DNA of 47,194 nt, taken from the IMG/VR virus record IMGVR_UViG_3300048819_000088, positions 1 through 47,194 of that record; one strand, given 5' to 3'. The notes beneath the pieces are model-generated. The model saw only the letters and a program-made list of their open reading frames with translations, made no database searches and had not been told where the DNA came from. A program made the position numbers and the translations under genes. Source of the DNA: a virus. Its lineage: Duplodnaviria; Caudoviricetes. Each line of letters begins with the position of its first letter. Positions within the stretch are counted from its first letter, which is position 1. Below are positions 28,464 to 37,246 of the stretch, in pieces.

Positions 28464-29195
28464 ATGGCGAGACTTGCAAGGTACACACAAAGCGTTTTTG
28501 GCTCAACCGCGGGCGCGAATCAAATGGCTGAATTTGGGAGTTTGGCGGCAAGTGCGCCTTTAACCTATTCCGGCACGACAATCACGCCGGCCATTGTGCA
28601 GACCCTTTCCAACTACTTATCGGGTTGGTTTAGCGCCATTGTCGGCGCCAACAGTCCGGCCATTGAGGACATGAACGCGATTTGTTATCTCTTCGCTTAT
28701 CAACTGAGTTATCTTATGGGACTTGGCGTTGCTGAGTGGGACGCAGGGACAACTTACTATGCCGGAAGTATTTGCCAAGACGGGAACGGCAACTTGTTTG
28801 TGTCCCTCACCAATACAAATCTCAACAACGCCTTAACGTCCGCGGCCAATTGGCGCAGCTACACCAAAGGTAACAATTTGGTGGCGGTTAACCCCGCCGG
28901 CGGCACCTATACAAGCCCTTACACCATGACGAGTGCCGACACTGGCAAAGTCTTTCTCGTGAATTCGGCCAATGGCGCTATGACTTTCAACTTGCCAAAT
29001 CCCTCGTCTTTACCGCAAGGTTTTAACTTTGTTGTTAAAGACGCCGCAAATAACTTTGGAGTCAACAACTGCACGATGCATAGGTTTGCGGGTGAGAACT
29101 TTGAAGGTGTTGCAGCCGACTACGTCATTGCGGCGTCCGGCGGCGAATGGGAAATTTCAACAGACCTTACCAACTGGTACATCACGGGGAGATAA
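28464..29195 (+). CDS. tail fibre proximal subunit
   Basis: PAIEDMNA...LSYLMGLGVAEWDAGTTY fibre-attachment motif. Confidence 0.75.
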   Translation: MARLARYTQSVFGSTAGANQMAEFGSLAASAPLTYSGTTITPAIVQTLSNYLSGWFSAIVGANSPAIEDMNAICYLFAYQLSYLMGLGVAEWDAGTTYYAGSICQDGNGNLFVSLTNTNLNNALTSAANWRSYTKGNNLVAVNPAGGTYTSPYTMTSADTGKVFLVNSANGAMTFNLPNPSSLPQGFNFVVKDAANNFGVNNCTMHRFAGENFEGVAADYVIAASGGEWEISTDLTNWYITGR

Positions 29196-29197
29196 AC

Positions 29198-30742
29198 ATG
29201 GGAGCAATTGCAAGAAAAACCTTTACCGCAAATGGGAACTTTACAGCCCCCGCGGGAGTCAATGTTGTCAGGCTCATCGGGTCTTTGCCGGCGCCGACAC
29301 TCGCAGGCTCGACATTTTTTGGAAACCAAACGATGGTTATCGCCCAGGACGGGCTCCTATACGCTTGGGGTACAAACAGCTCGGGCGGTTGTGGAAGTGG
29401 TGGCACGACAAACATAAGCACACCTACACAAGTTTTGAACTCAGCTACAATTAAATTCTTAAATGTAACTGGCACGTATGGCGGCGGGGGTGACTTTGGA
29501 ACATATGGAATCTCACAAACTCTCGACATGTACGCGTGGGGCGGGAATGGAAACGGCAACTTGGGTCAAGGGAACCTCACGCCTTATAGTTCTCCCGTTA
29601 TGATTCTAGGAGGTCTTAAGTTCGTTCAGGTTATTGCTATGCCTGCTGGAGGCGGTTCATATAGCCAGGGTACTTTCATGCTCACGAGTACGGGTGTGGC
29701 ATACGCCATGGGCGCAAACATAAATGGGCAGCTCGGAGTTGGGGATGTCGTATCGCGAAGCTCACCCGTCGCCGTTCTTGGGGGGCTTTCTTTTGCATCC
29801 CTTTACGCAGCTTGGCCGAATCAATCCGCGTTTGGCTTAACCGCAGCAGGGAAACTGTATGCTTGGGGCGGCAACGCCAATGGAAATCTGGGCATCGGAA
29901 ACGTTACGCCTCAAAGTTCGCCTATTGCAGTTCTTGGGTCTTTAAGTTTCTCACAAATAATTCCCGACCAAGCTGCCGCTTCCATGTATGGCCTTACAAC
30001 TACGGGCCTACTCTATGCTTGGGGCCTAAATACCAACGGCCAGCTCGGAGTCGGTGACGTTATTCCGCGCAGTTCACCTGTCGCGGTTCTGGGCGGTCTT
30101 TCCTTTACACAAGTCGTCGCAGGAAACAGTTCCGTTATGGCCCTTGCTACCAACGGCACGACGTATGCTTGGGGCAACAACGCCAACGGGCAACTCGGAA
30201 CCGGAAATGTTACCCCAACAAGCTCACCTGTCGCTGTCTTGAACTCCGCTTCTTTGCTCTTCACTCAAATCGCAAATAACTATAATAGCTCGTCGGTTGG
30301 GGCTTCGGGTTATGGGCTAACCGCTGCGGGGGTACTTTATGCGTGGGGCGTGAATGCGAGCGGGCAACTTGGAACTGGAAACGTTACACCGACAAGCTCC
30401 CCTGTTGCCGTTCTCGGATCTTTAAGTTTCTCACAAATTTTCAGTGCCAATAGTGCCGCTATCGGAACGATGTACGGCTATGCAAACAACCAACTTTACG
30501 CTTGGGGATACAACCTAAACGGCCAAGTGGGCGACGGCACTGCGGTCGCAAAAAGCTCGCCCGTCGCAGTCCTCAACCGCGTCCCCAACCTAGTTTCGCC
30601 GCAGACTGTTATGGTCTTGCCAGTTACTCCAGGTACGACGTATGCAGTCAATATAGGCACTCAAATTCGAACGCCGGCGTCCTTTGGGAGCACGAACCTC
30701 GGGCAAGCGTTCACTTCGGTTGTGGTGGAGTATGAACAGTAA
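29198..30742 (+). CDS. RCC1-repeat protein, putative receptor-binding tail protein
   Basis: Eight YA(W/M)GxNxxGx(L/C/V)G...SPVxV repeats. Confidence 0.9.
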   Translation: MGAIARKTFTANGNFTAPAGVNVVRLIGSLPAPTLAGSTFFGNQTMVIAQDGLLYAWGTNSSGGCGSGGTTNISTPTQVLNSATIKFLNVTGTYGGGGDFGTYGISQTLDMYAWGGNGNGNLGQGNLTPYSSPVMILGGLKFVQVIAMPAGGGSYSQGTFMLTSTGVAYAMGANINGQLGVGDVVSRSSPVAVLGGLSFASLYAAWPNQSAFGLTAAGKLYAWGGNANGNLGIGNVTPQSSPIAVLGSLSFSQIIPDQAAASMYGLTTTGLLYAWGLNTNGQLGVGDVIPRSSPVAVLGGLSFTQVVAGNSSVMALATNGTTYAWGNNANGQLGTGNVTPTSSPVAVLNSASLLFTQIANNYNSSSVGASGYGLTAAGVLYAWGVNASGQLGTGNVTPTSSPVAVLGSLSFSQIFSANSAAIGTMYGYANNQLYAWGYNLNGQVGDGTAVAKSSPVAVLNRVPNLVSPQTVMVLPVTPGTTYAVNIGTQIRTPASFGSTNLGQAFTSVVVEYEQ

Positions 30743-31862
30743 AGACGGCAAAATTCAAGTTCCCGTTCTCGAGGGGACCATGACCCCCGTTCAAGAGGGG
30801 CATCACTACGACGCCACCAAGCGTGTCGCAGTACCCATGACGCACCTTCCGATTTTCCGCACGACCCTTGCAATCCAGGCCGGGGTCGAAAAGAAAATCA
30901 TGCTTAAAACTTGGGGCGGCCTCGGTGATCAAATTTGCGCCGAACCAACTCTTCGTTGGGCGGTAAAGACCTTTAAGGACATTGAGGTTTACTTAGCGAG
31001 CGAGAAACCATTTTTGTTTAAGCATTTAGATTTCAAGAAAGTTTACGACACCCGGGACGTAGTTCCGCATTGGGGTAACTTCCTTTGCTTTGACACGATT
31101 CAACCGCCCGATGACTCAAATCTCGTGTGGCAATTCTTTTCGCACCTACTTACTAACTGCGTGGACTTTCCCTCTATGTGCGCATTTCGGATGCAGCTCC
31201 CCGTTCAAGAGCGGGAAATCATCATGAAACCAAGCATCGCAATTGACCACTACTTGCACGCAGTCGTCCAAAAGCCGACGGTCCTAGTTCATGCAGGACG
31301 CCATTGGATGACTAAGACTTTCCCGAAAGATTGGTGGGACGGCGTTCTTTCCGGGCTCGTCAATCAAGGCCTTACCCCTATTTTAATTGGTGGGGACACC
31401 GACGACAACCGCGGGACTGTCGACGTCGACACGAGCGGTTGTAGGGATTTCCGCAACAAGCTCACCATTGAAGAGTCGCTTTGGCTTTGTCAGCGTGCAA
31501 CGGTTCTGCTCACGAACGACTCGGCCCCGCTTCACATGGCCGCAACTCGCAATCCCGACGACAAAATGACGGGCAATACTTGGATTGGTTATTTCGCAAC
31601 TTGCAAACATTGGGACTACATCACTCATTGGCGCAAACCCTTTGACCGTTATCCAAACGAAAAACTCGCATGGCAATGGCGCGAAGAGAACTTAAGTCTT
31701 GGCGGCATGTGGGACATCACCAATCATTGCCCGAATCAAGAGGCCGACGTCAACGTGGACAAAGTTGACCCGGAAATTTTACGTTCATGGCTTCCGGCCC
31801 CTACGAGTGTTGTCGCTTGGGCGAAAGAGAAATGGGAAACAGGTAGCTCCAATGATTATTAA
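30732..31862 (+). CDS. GT9/heptosyltransferase-like glycosyltransferase, paralog 2
   Basis: GGLGDQICAEP, HAGRHWMTKTFPKDWW, LTNDSAPLHMA. Confidence 0.85.
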   Translation: MNSKDGKIQVPVLEGTMTPVQEGHHYDATKRVAVPMTHLPIFRTTLAIQAGVEKKIMLKTWGGLGDQICAEPTLRWAVKTFKDIEVYLASEKPFLFKHLDFKKVYDTRDVVPHWGNFLCFDTIQPPDDSNLVWQFFSHLLTNCVDFPSMCAFRMQLPVQEREIIMKPSIAIDHYLHAVVQKPTVLVHAGRHWMTKTFPKDWWDGVLSGLVNQGLTPILIGGDTDDNRGTVDVDTSGCRDFRNKLTIEESLWLCQRATVLLTNDSAPLHMAATRNPDDKMTGNTWIGYFATCKHWDYITHWRKPFDRYPNEKLAWQWREENLSLGGMWDITNHCPNQEADVNVDKVDPEILRSWLPAPTSVVAWAKEKWETGSSNDY

Positions 31863-32544
31863 AGAGTACGACTTAGGCTTTAAGGCCCGCATAAAGTTTA
31901 GAGCCTACACCGGCGACGAAGACATCATTCGGGCCGTTCTCATTGACCGCAGCGAGTACCAACTCTTTCTTGGCGTTCATCCGAAAGTGATCTTTGATGT
32001 CGGCGCCAACATCGGCGTGACCTCAATTCTTTTCGCCAACAGCTACCCGCAAGCCGCAATTTATGCTTTTGAGCCTGAGCCCTCAAATTTCAAACTCTTG
32101 GTCGAGAACACGGCGCCTTACGAAAACGTCAAGTGCTTCAATGTAGGGCTCGGCGGCAAGACCGAAAAACGCTCACTCATGAACTCGGACGACGAGTACA
32201 ACCACGGCGGGTTTTCATTTCACGCGCCGGGCTCGGACCCGAGCAAACAACAAACTGTCGACGTGGTCAACATCCTGGACTTTATCGAAAACGAAAAGGG
32301 CCTTAAGATTGACCTTATGAAAGTGGACACCGAAGGCTGCGAATACGAAATCATAGAGCCTCTTTATCTTGACGGCCAGTTACCGCCCTATCTCATGGGC
32401 GAAATGCATGGCAACGAGAACGATTGGCGCATGTTCGACCAACTGTCACACACGCACGACATCCGCATCAACAAAGATTTCTTGCAGCGCTGTTACCCGT
32501 TTTACGCGCTCAAAAAACCGGAAGTAGTCAATGCCGGAACTTGA
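31852..32544 (+). CDS. FkbM-family SAM-dependent methyltransferase
   Basis: IFDVGANIG, YAFEPEP, LMKVDTEGCE. Confidence 0.92.
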   Translation: MIIKEYDLGFKARIKFRAYTGDEDIIRAVLIDRSEYQLFLGVHPKVIFDVGANIGVTSILFANSYPQAAIYAFEPEPSNFKLLVENTAPYENVKCFNVGLGGKTEKRSLMNSDDEYNHGGFSFHAPGSDPSKQQTVDVVNILDFIENEKGLKIDLMKVDTEGCEYEIIEPLYLDGQLPPYLMGEMHGNENDWRMFDQLSHTHDIRINKDFLQRCYPFYALKKPEVVNAGT

Positions 32545-32821
32545 GCGTTTTCTTACTGACAAAGGCGGCCTTGGCGCATTCGGCGCCCTCTTAATTCTTA
32601 AAGTTGGTGAGATGATTTGGCACTATTTCCAGTCGAGGGACGCAAGCCTCCAGAGCTTACAGTGCGCCCTCGAAAAGAACACCGTCACCCTTGTCGCAAT
32701 TCAGGGCGACCTTAAAAAATACAAGGTCGACATCAACCGCGCGTTTACGATTTTAAAAAAGGTTTCGGGCGACAAATGGCCCGAGTACATTCGTGACTTT
32801 GACGATTTAGATTCACACTAG
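32531..32821 (+). CDS. putative holin/antiholin-like membrane protein
   Basis: N-terminal TM plus coiled coil; directly upstream of the endolysin. Confidence 0.45.
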   Translation: MPELERFLTDKGGLGAFGALLILKVGEMIWHYFQSRDASLQSLQCALEKNTVTLVAIQGDLKKYKVDINRAFTILKKVSGDKWPEYIRDFDDLDSH

Positions 32822-32829
32822 GGGGTTTC

Positions 32830-33486
32830 ATGCCGTTATCAGAAGGTGCCGAAGGTACAGGCGTCATCAACTTACAAAAAAACTTGAATCAACTAGGCGT
32901 TGCGCAACTGAAAGTTGACGGCGTCTTTGGGCCTGCCACCTTCGCAGCGGTTGAGGTTTTTCAGTCGGCGCATTCACTCCCCGTGACCGGCGAAATCGAC
33001 GAGCGCACGCAGTACACAATCACCAATGCGTTGACGGCTCAGCTCGGCGACCAACCGATTCCTTGGGTCATGTGGATGCAAAGTCATATTGGTCAAGCCG
33101 AACAGACCGGCGCCCCCGCAACTGAATTCGACAACGAGGTTTTCGCGCACACGAGCTATGGAAATTTAGACGGCATCATGGAAGCGGGTTGTGCTGCGAC
33201 CGCGTGCGCGGCCCTTGAAGAGTCAGGCTACAAGAGCCCGCATAGTGCAGCCGCCGAATCTTTCCGCAATTTCGGTGAAGAGTCAGTGCTGAAACCGGGC
33301 GCAATTGTCGGCTTTAATTGGAAGGGCGAAAAGGGCGTTCACTGCGATCATGTCACATTTTGCGACCATATTATAAGTCCAGACCTAGTCGCATGTCTTG
33401 GTGGGAATCAGGGCCACGAAGTGAAAGTGTCTATATTTTCGCGGAAATTCATCGACTTCGTCCGGTTCCCGATTGAAAAAGCTTGA
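32830..33486 (+). CDS. modular endolysin: peptidoglycan-binding domain plus CHAP/NlpC-like amidase
   Basis: VDGVFGPATFAAVEVFQ (PG-binding); CAATA, HVTF, LGGNQ catalytic-domain motifs. Confidence 0.85.
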   Translation: MPLSEGAEGTGVINLQKNLNQLGVAQLKVDGVFGPATFAAVEVFQSAHSLPVTGEIDERTQYTITNALTAQLGDQPIPWVMWMQSHIGQAEQTGAPATEFDNEVFAHTSYGNLDGIMEAGCAATACAALEESGYKSPHSAAAESFRNFGEESVLKPGAIVGFNWKGEKGVHCDHVTFCDHIISPDLVACLGGNQGHEVKVSIFSRKFIDFVRFPIEKA

Positions 33487-33540
33487 ATTGCCGATAAGGC
33501 GTAAGTGACAATAAATTTGATCAACTACAAGGGGACGACG

Positions 33541-33876
33541 ATGAAAAGCATTTCCATAGTGGTACTTTCTCTTTTGTGTTTCAGTCTTTACGCCTTCGCT
33601 CAAAGCTCACCCGTCGCAGTTCCCGCAGCAAGCGCTGTCGTAAGTGCGCAGCCCGCCGTGACCGCTGCACCTGTCGTCGCCCCGGTAAGCGCCGCCCCCA
33701 TGAGCAACGGCCTGATAGCTATCGTCATCGCCCTAGTCTTAGGCCTCAACACGATCTTGAGCACTGTACAGAAAGTGTTTGGGAGTTTGGCAAAGAGTGA
33801 GCCGGGTTGGCTGACGACGCTGTCCAGTATAGTGCTTGAAATTGCCAAGTTCTTGGGGTCAAATCCTACAGTGTAA
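33541..33876 (+). CDS. membrane protein, holin candidate
   Basis: Signal-like N-terminus, Pro/Ala linker, TM helix; in lysis cassette. Confidence 0.55.
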   Translation: MKSISIVVLSLLCFSLYAFAQSSPVAVPAASAVVSAQPAVTAAPVVAPVSAAPMSNGLIAIVIALVLGLNTILSTVQKVFGSLAKSEPGWLTTLSSIVLEIAKFLGSNPTV

Positions 33877-33894
33877 TAACTGAAAGGGTTTCCC

Positions 33895-34308
33895 ATGAAA
33901 AATCTCGCTCACGTTTGTCAACCTCTTCAAGCCGCAGTCCATACGGGCCGCATGGAATCACATGCCGCCATTGAAGCCGCCTACCGCTATGGGCACGACC
34001 CAAAGCCCGGCATGACGGTCGACACCGTTGTTGACGACGAGGCTCAGCCTGAGCGCAAGAGTGTTCCGAAACTTGAGCACCATTGCGTGCCGCTGAAACA
34101 GCATGTGAGCGAAGGCCGCATGACCGCAGACCAAGCAATCGAGGCCGCCTATAAACTAGGCCTTGAAGAGAGCGGTGCAAGTTCCACGGCCCAAGCCGAA
34201 AATGAAGTTGAGTCGCCGGTCGAGCCCGAGAAAGAGGCCGATAACAGCGGTGACGAGGCTACCCCGAAACGCTCAATTCTTAGGCGCCGCGCCCCCAAGA
34301 AATCGTAA
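33895..34308 (+). CDS. hypothetical protein with two internal ~30-aa repeats
   Basis: HVCQPL...GRM...AIEAAYRYG and HHCVPL...GRM...AIEAAYKLG. Confidence 0.75.
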   Translation: MKNLAHVCQPLQAAVHTGRMESHAAIEAAYRYGHDPKPGMTVDTVVDDEAQPERKSVPKLEHHCVPLKQHVSEGRMTADQAIEAAYKLGLEESGASSTAQAENEVESPVEPEKEADNSGDEATPKRSILRRRAPKKS

Positions 34309-34487
34309 TGTCTGAGGCCTGGACGCTCATCAAGCTTTTGCCGGTGCTCTTAGGGCTCATCAAGAGCATCCAAAAGGGCATCGACGACGCCAAACTCAAC
34401 GCCACCGTGGCCGATCACTTGGCCCAAGTAAAGGTCGCTTTTGATACCAAGAACGCTGACGCTCTTAACGCTATTTTTAACGGTTAG
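34308..34487 (+). CDS. putative i-spanin (59 aa, not in the ORF track)
   Basis: MSEAWTLIKLLPVLLGLIK hydrophobic N-terminus; overlaps a lipoprotein gene. Confidence 0.55.
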   Translation: MSEAWTLIKLLPVLLGLIKSIQKGIDDAKLNATVADHLAQVKVAFDTKNADALNAIFNG

Positions 34488-34644
34488 TTGCGCGTCCACA
34501 CCGCAGCCCCCACCGGTCCCTATTCACTGGGAAATGGTCGACGTGACGCCCTTTAAGCGTGAGGCCTGTCTACCCCTTGAGGACGTCATGTCTCTCACTG
34601 AGCGCCTCGTGCGCTGCGAAGCTGCGGCCCTGAAAGCTCAGTGA
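34441..34644 (+). CDS. putative o-spanin lipoprotein
   Basis: LTLLTLFLTVSC lipobox, Pro-rich linker; overlaps the i-spanin 3' end in another frame. Confidence 0.65.
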   Translation: MIPRTLTLLTLFLTVSCASTPQPPPVPIHWEMVDVTPFKREACLPLEDVMSLTERLVRCEAAALKAQ

Positions 34645-34815
34645 GCGTTTGATTTTCCAGTACCAAGAACAGGACAGGCCGACCCGCTGACAAATCGCCT
34701 TAAGCGGGATGTCGGGGTTGTCCCGCCTGAGCCGTTCAATACGTTCAAAACGTGCCATGGTTCCGGGCTTAAATGACCTCAAATCGACTACGTTCGCCCG
34801 CATTTTGCCGGTCAC
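34570..34815 (-). CDS. helix-turn-helix protein
   Basis: PLKAICQRVGLSCSWYWKI HTH pattern; likely GTG start overlapping the upstream stop. Confidence 0.6.
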   Translation of the reverse strand: MTGKMRANVVDLRSFKPGTMARFERIERLRRDNPDIPLKAICQRVGLSCSWYWKIKRSLSFQGRSFAAHEALSERHDVLKG

Positions 34816-35015
34816 GGTTTCCAACCTTCCGGCGGGTCGAGCAATTGCCACCTTTCCGGGCCGAAAATGAACTGACCTTGCGAATGCGCGATGCGCAATT
34901 CTTTTGGTGAGAGAACGATAAGATCGGTCGGATGACTAAGGTAAAACCACTTGCGCTCGCGTTTGGCGCGCTCGAAAAGAGGTTCTAGTTCGGCCAGGAT
35001 TTGCTCTTCGGTCAT
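34812..35015 (-). CDS. hypothetical protein
   Basis: ATG with GGGG RBS, coupled to the upstream TGA. Confidence 0.7.
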   Translation of the reverse strand: MTEEQILAELEPLFERAKRERKWFYLSHPTDLIVLSPKELRIAHSQGQFIFGPERWQLLDPPEGWKP

Positions 35016-35122
35016 CAGTAAAAATCCCCTATTCTTTCGGCGGCAATCGCAGCGTATTTTCTGTTGAGCTCAATGCCCAAGTACCGCCGGCCGGCCCGGG
35101 TCGCCACAAGCCCGGTTGTACC
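35015..35122 (-). pseudogene. C-terminal remnant of a DNA N4/N6 methyltransferase
   Basis: GTTGLVATRAGRRYLGIELNRKYAAIAAERIGDFY*; no start codon; begins right after the polymerase TAG. Confidence 0.8.
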
Positions 35123-37246
35123 CTATTTTCTGTACCGCGGGCCCTTCCAGCCTTTGGCCTCAACAATCAAATTCGAGTCGCCCCACTTTGGCCTTTGACA
35201 CATTATTTCGGTAAACTCTTCGAGTGAACCTTCACCAATAGGTTTTTCGGTAAGTCCTTCGTCATGAACGGACAGCAACGCTTGGTAGCCTTGCCTTTCA
35301 AGTCTTAACATCGCGGGCATCATAAGGTCGCGCGCGGTCGCCTGCACAATGTTCTCGGTCAAGGTTCCGCCCCACGTCCGCTCAGGCATCCACTTTTTGG
35401 TCTTTGAATTGACGGCCCAAAACTCTAAGGTCTTGCGCGGCCCCCAATCGGTTTCGCGCATAGAGATTTGCGGGTCACGGTAAGCGAGCTTACGCCCCGA
35501 AGGAAGTGTGACCCAAAGAAAGTTGTCCGTAACCGTGAACTGGCATTTTCCCGCAGTTGTATACAATTTCGTATACGGGCCGCCTCGTTCGACGGCTTCA
35601 ATTGCTGCGGCTTCATAGGCCTTCCAAAGCATCGGCACCGCAGCGTTCGCCGTTCGGTAATTGCTGACCGCATTCGTCGATTGCGCGTCGGTCAGTTTCA
35701 AACGGTACTGCGTCCAGGCCGTCGCTTGGAACTTATCCTTGCCCATGCCAAAGCCGCAGCCGAGCACTTGCGCCTTGCCGAGTTGTCGGTCGTTGCCTTC
35801 GTCGGCGATGTCGTCATAGGGGCGCCCGGTGTTGGACGCGGCCATGTACTTGTAGGGGTCGAGCCCCGCTTTCAAAATCTTAAGGCCCGGCACGTTGTCC
35901 GCAAGCCACCAAAGCACTGCGACTTCGATCTTACTGAAATCGGCAACGAACAGCTCTTTGCCAGGGCTTGGTACAATCATGTTGCGAAGTATGCTCGAGA
36001 ACACCATGGTTTGCGTTTCGCCGAAAAGCATCTCGAGCCATTGCGGGTCACTTTCGCGGATTGTGTCGACGTACCAATAGGGATTGTCTTTATCGATTGC
36101 GACAACACCCCGCGGGAAGTTGTGCGGTTGAATGCCGGTGCCGGTATCTCGGCCCGTCGAGGCCCCGTGGTAAAGTAGGATGTCCCGCACCTTATGATCG
36201 TACATAGCCCTGTCAATAAACGATTGATACTTTTTGGTGGATGTTTTCGATAGCGCCTTTCGGATTTCCAAAAGCCTGCGCATGTCGCCGGTTACGTCAC
36301 TGTCTTTGAGCGCGTCGTCAACCGTTGAGGCTTTGATGTCGGGGAGCTCAATACCTTCAAGCGCCAAGAACTCCAAAATGGATTTACGGGCGCCTGGCTT
36401 CGTGACGAGCCCCATGGTGAGCTTGTCTAACTCTTTCAGTTTTTTCGTTGATTCGGTTTCCATGATGCCGACGATTTTCTCAACTGTCGGGATGTCGATG
36501 CCAAGCCCCCGCCAATTGAGCGTTTGATTCAAAAACCAAATCTCTTGCTCTTCGGGGTTTAAGTCAGGGAGTGAGCGGTCAAGTAACTCTTCGGCCTTCA
36601 CGTCGATTTTGCAATAGGTGTAGAGCGTGTCCCACACTTCGCGCGCGTCTTCGTCGTCAGGCTCTAGAAACTCCGGGGGTCTGGTTTTAAGGGCCGCTAT
36701 CCATTTTTGCTGTTTAAGTGTTGGCTCGAGCCCGCGATTTAACCGGTCCTCAATGGCCGTCATCATCTTTCGCCAATCACCATATTGTCTTGTTGGCTTG
36801 CAGGTTTTCATCATAGCGGCGTAACCGCGTTTGTCCTTTTGCACCGCTAACTTCATCGCGGCGCCGGCCCCTTCGAGGTTCCGAGGTAACGCGCACGCCG
36901 CGGCTTTGGCCGCCGTACAGCGGTATTGCCGGAAGGGAATATGCGGCCAACCATATCGCTTCACCAATATGTTCTCGTAAATGCATCTTTCAAAGAACGC
37001 ATTGTGCGCACTGAATTCGTAACCTTTGTCAATTGCCTTCGTCCACATGTTTTGCAGTAAGGGCGGCTGTTTAAGCCAAGGCCGGTTGATTGCGTGAAAG
37101 GGGAGCAAATAGACTTTCTCTTCGTCGTAAAACTTGAACGCGAGACAAGTCGGCTGCGTCGACGGGTCGAGCGAATATTTGTAAGCGCCGGCTTTCTTAA
37201 GCTCGCAGCGTGACCTTGTCTCGAAATCGAAAGTCAATCGTTTCAA
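35123..37246 (-). CDS. DNA polymerase family A (APSE-like) with 3'-5' exonuclease
   Basis: DFETRS, AHNAFFER, YCKIDV, STGR, ADFSKIE, RQLGK, ENIVQATARD, VHDE. Confidence 0.96.
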   Translation of the reverse strand: MKRLTFDFETRSRCELKKAGAYKYSLDPSTQPTCLAFKFYDEEKVYLLPFHAINRPWLKQPPLLQNMWTKAIDKGYEFSAHNAFFERCIYENILVKRYGWPHIPFRQYRCTAAKAAACALPRNLEGAGAAMKLAVQKDKRGYAAMMKTCKPTRQYGDWRKMMTAIEDRLNRGLEPTLKQQKWIAALKTRPPEFLEPDDEDAREVWDTLYTYCKIDVKAEELLDRSLPDLNPEEQEIWFLNQTLNWRGLGIDIPTVEKIVGIMETESTKKLKELDKLTMGLVTKPGARKSILEFLALEGIELPDIKASTVDDALKDSDVTGDMRRLLEIRKALSKTSTKKYQSFIDRAMYDHKVRDILLYHGASTGRDTGTGIQPHNFPRGVVAIDKDNPYWYVDTIRESDPQWLEMLFGETQTMVFSSILRNMIVPSPGKELFVADFSKIEVAVLWWLADNVPGLKILKAGLDPYKYMAASNTGRPYDDIADEGNDRQLGKAQVLGCGFGMGKDKFQATAWTQYRLKLTDAQSTNAVSNYRTANAAVPMLWKAYEAAAIEAVERGGPYTKLYTTAGKCQFTVTDNFLWVTLPSGRKLAYRDPQISMRETDWGPRKTLEFWAVNSKTKKWMPERTWGGTLTENIVQATARDLMMPAMLRLERQGYQALLSVHDEGLTEKPIGEGSLEEFTEIMCQRPKWGDSNLIVEAKGWKGPRYRK

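Noticed and set aside
29198-30742. Diversity-generating retroelement acting on the receptor-binding gene
   Set aside because: No reverse transcriptase, and no template/variable repeat pair differing only at adenines
35123-35125. Genome-wide TAG reassignment suggested by the in-frame sequence after the polymerase stop
   Set aside because: Other TAG stops (8971, 21257, 25802, 32821) end full-length genes at normal boundaries; genes are not fragmented under the standard code; no suppressor tRNA seen
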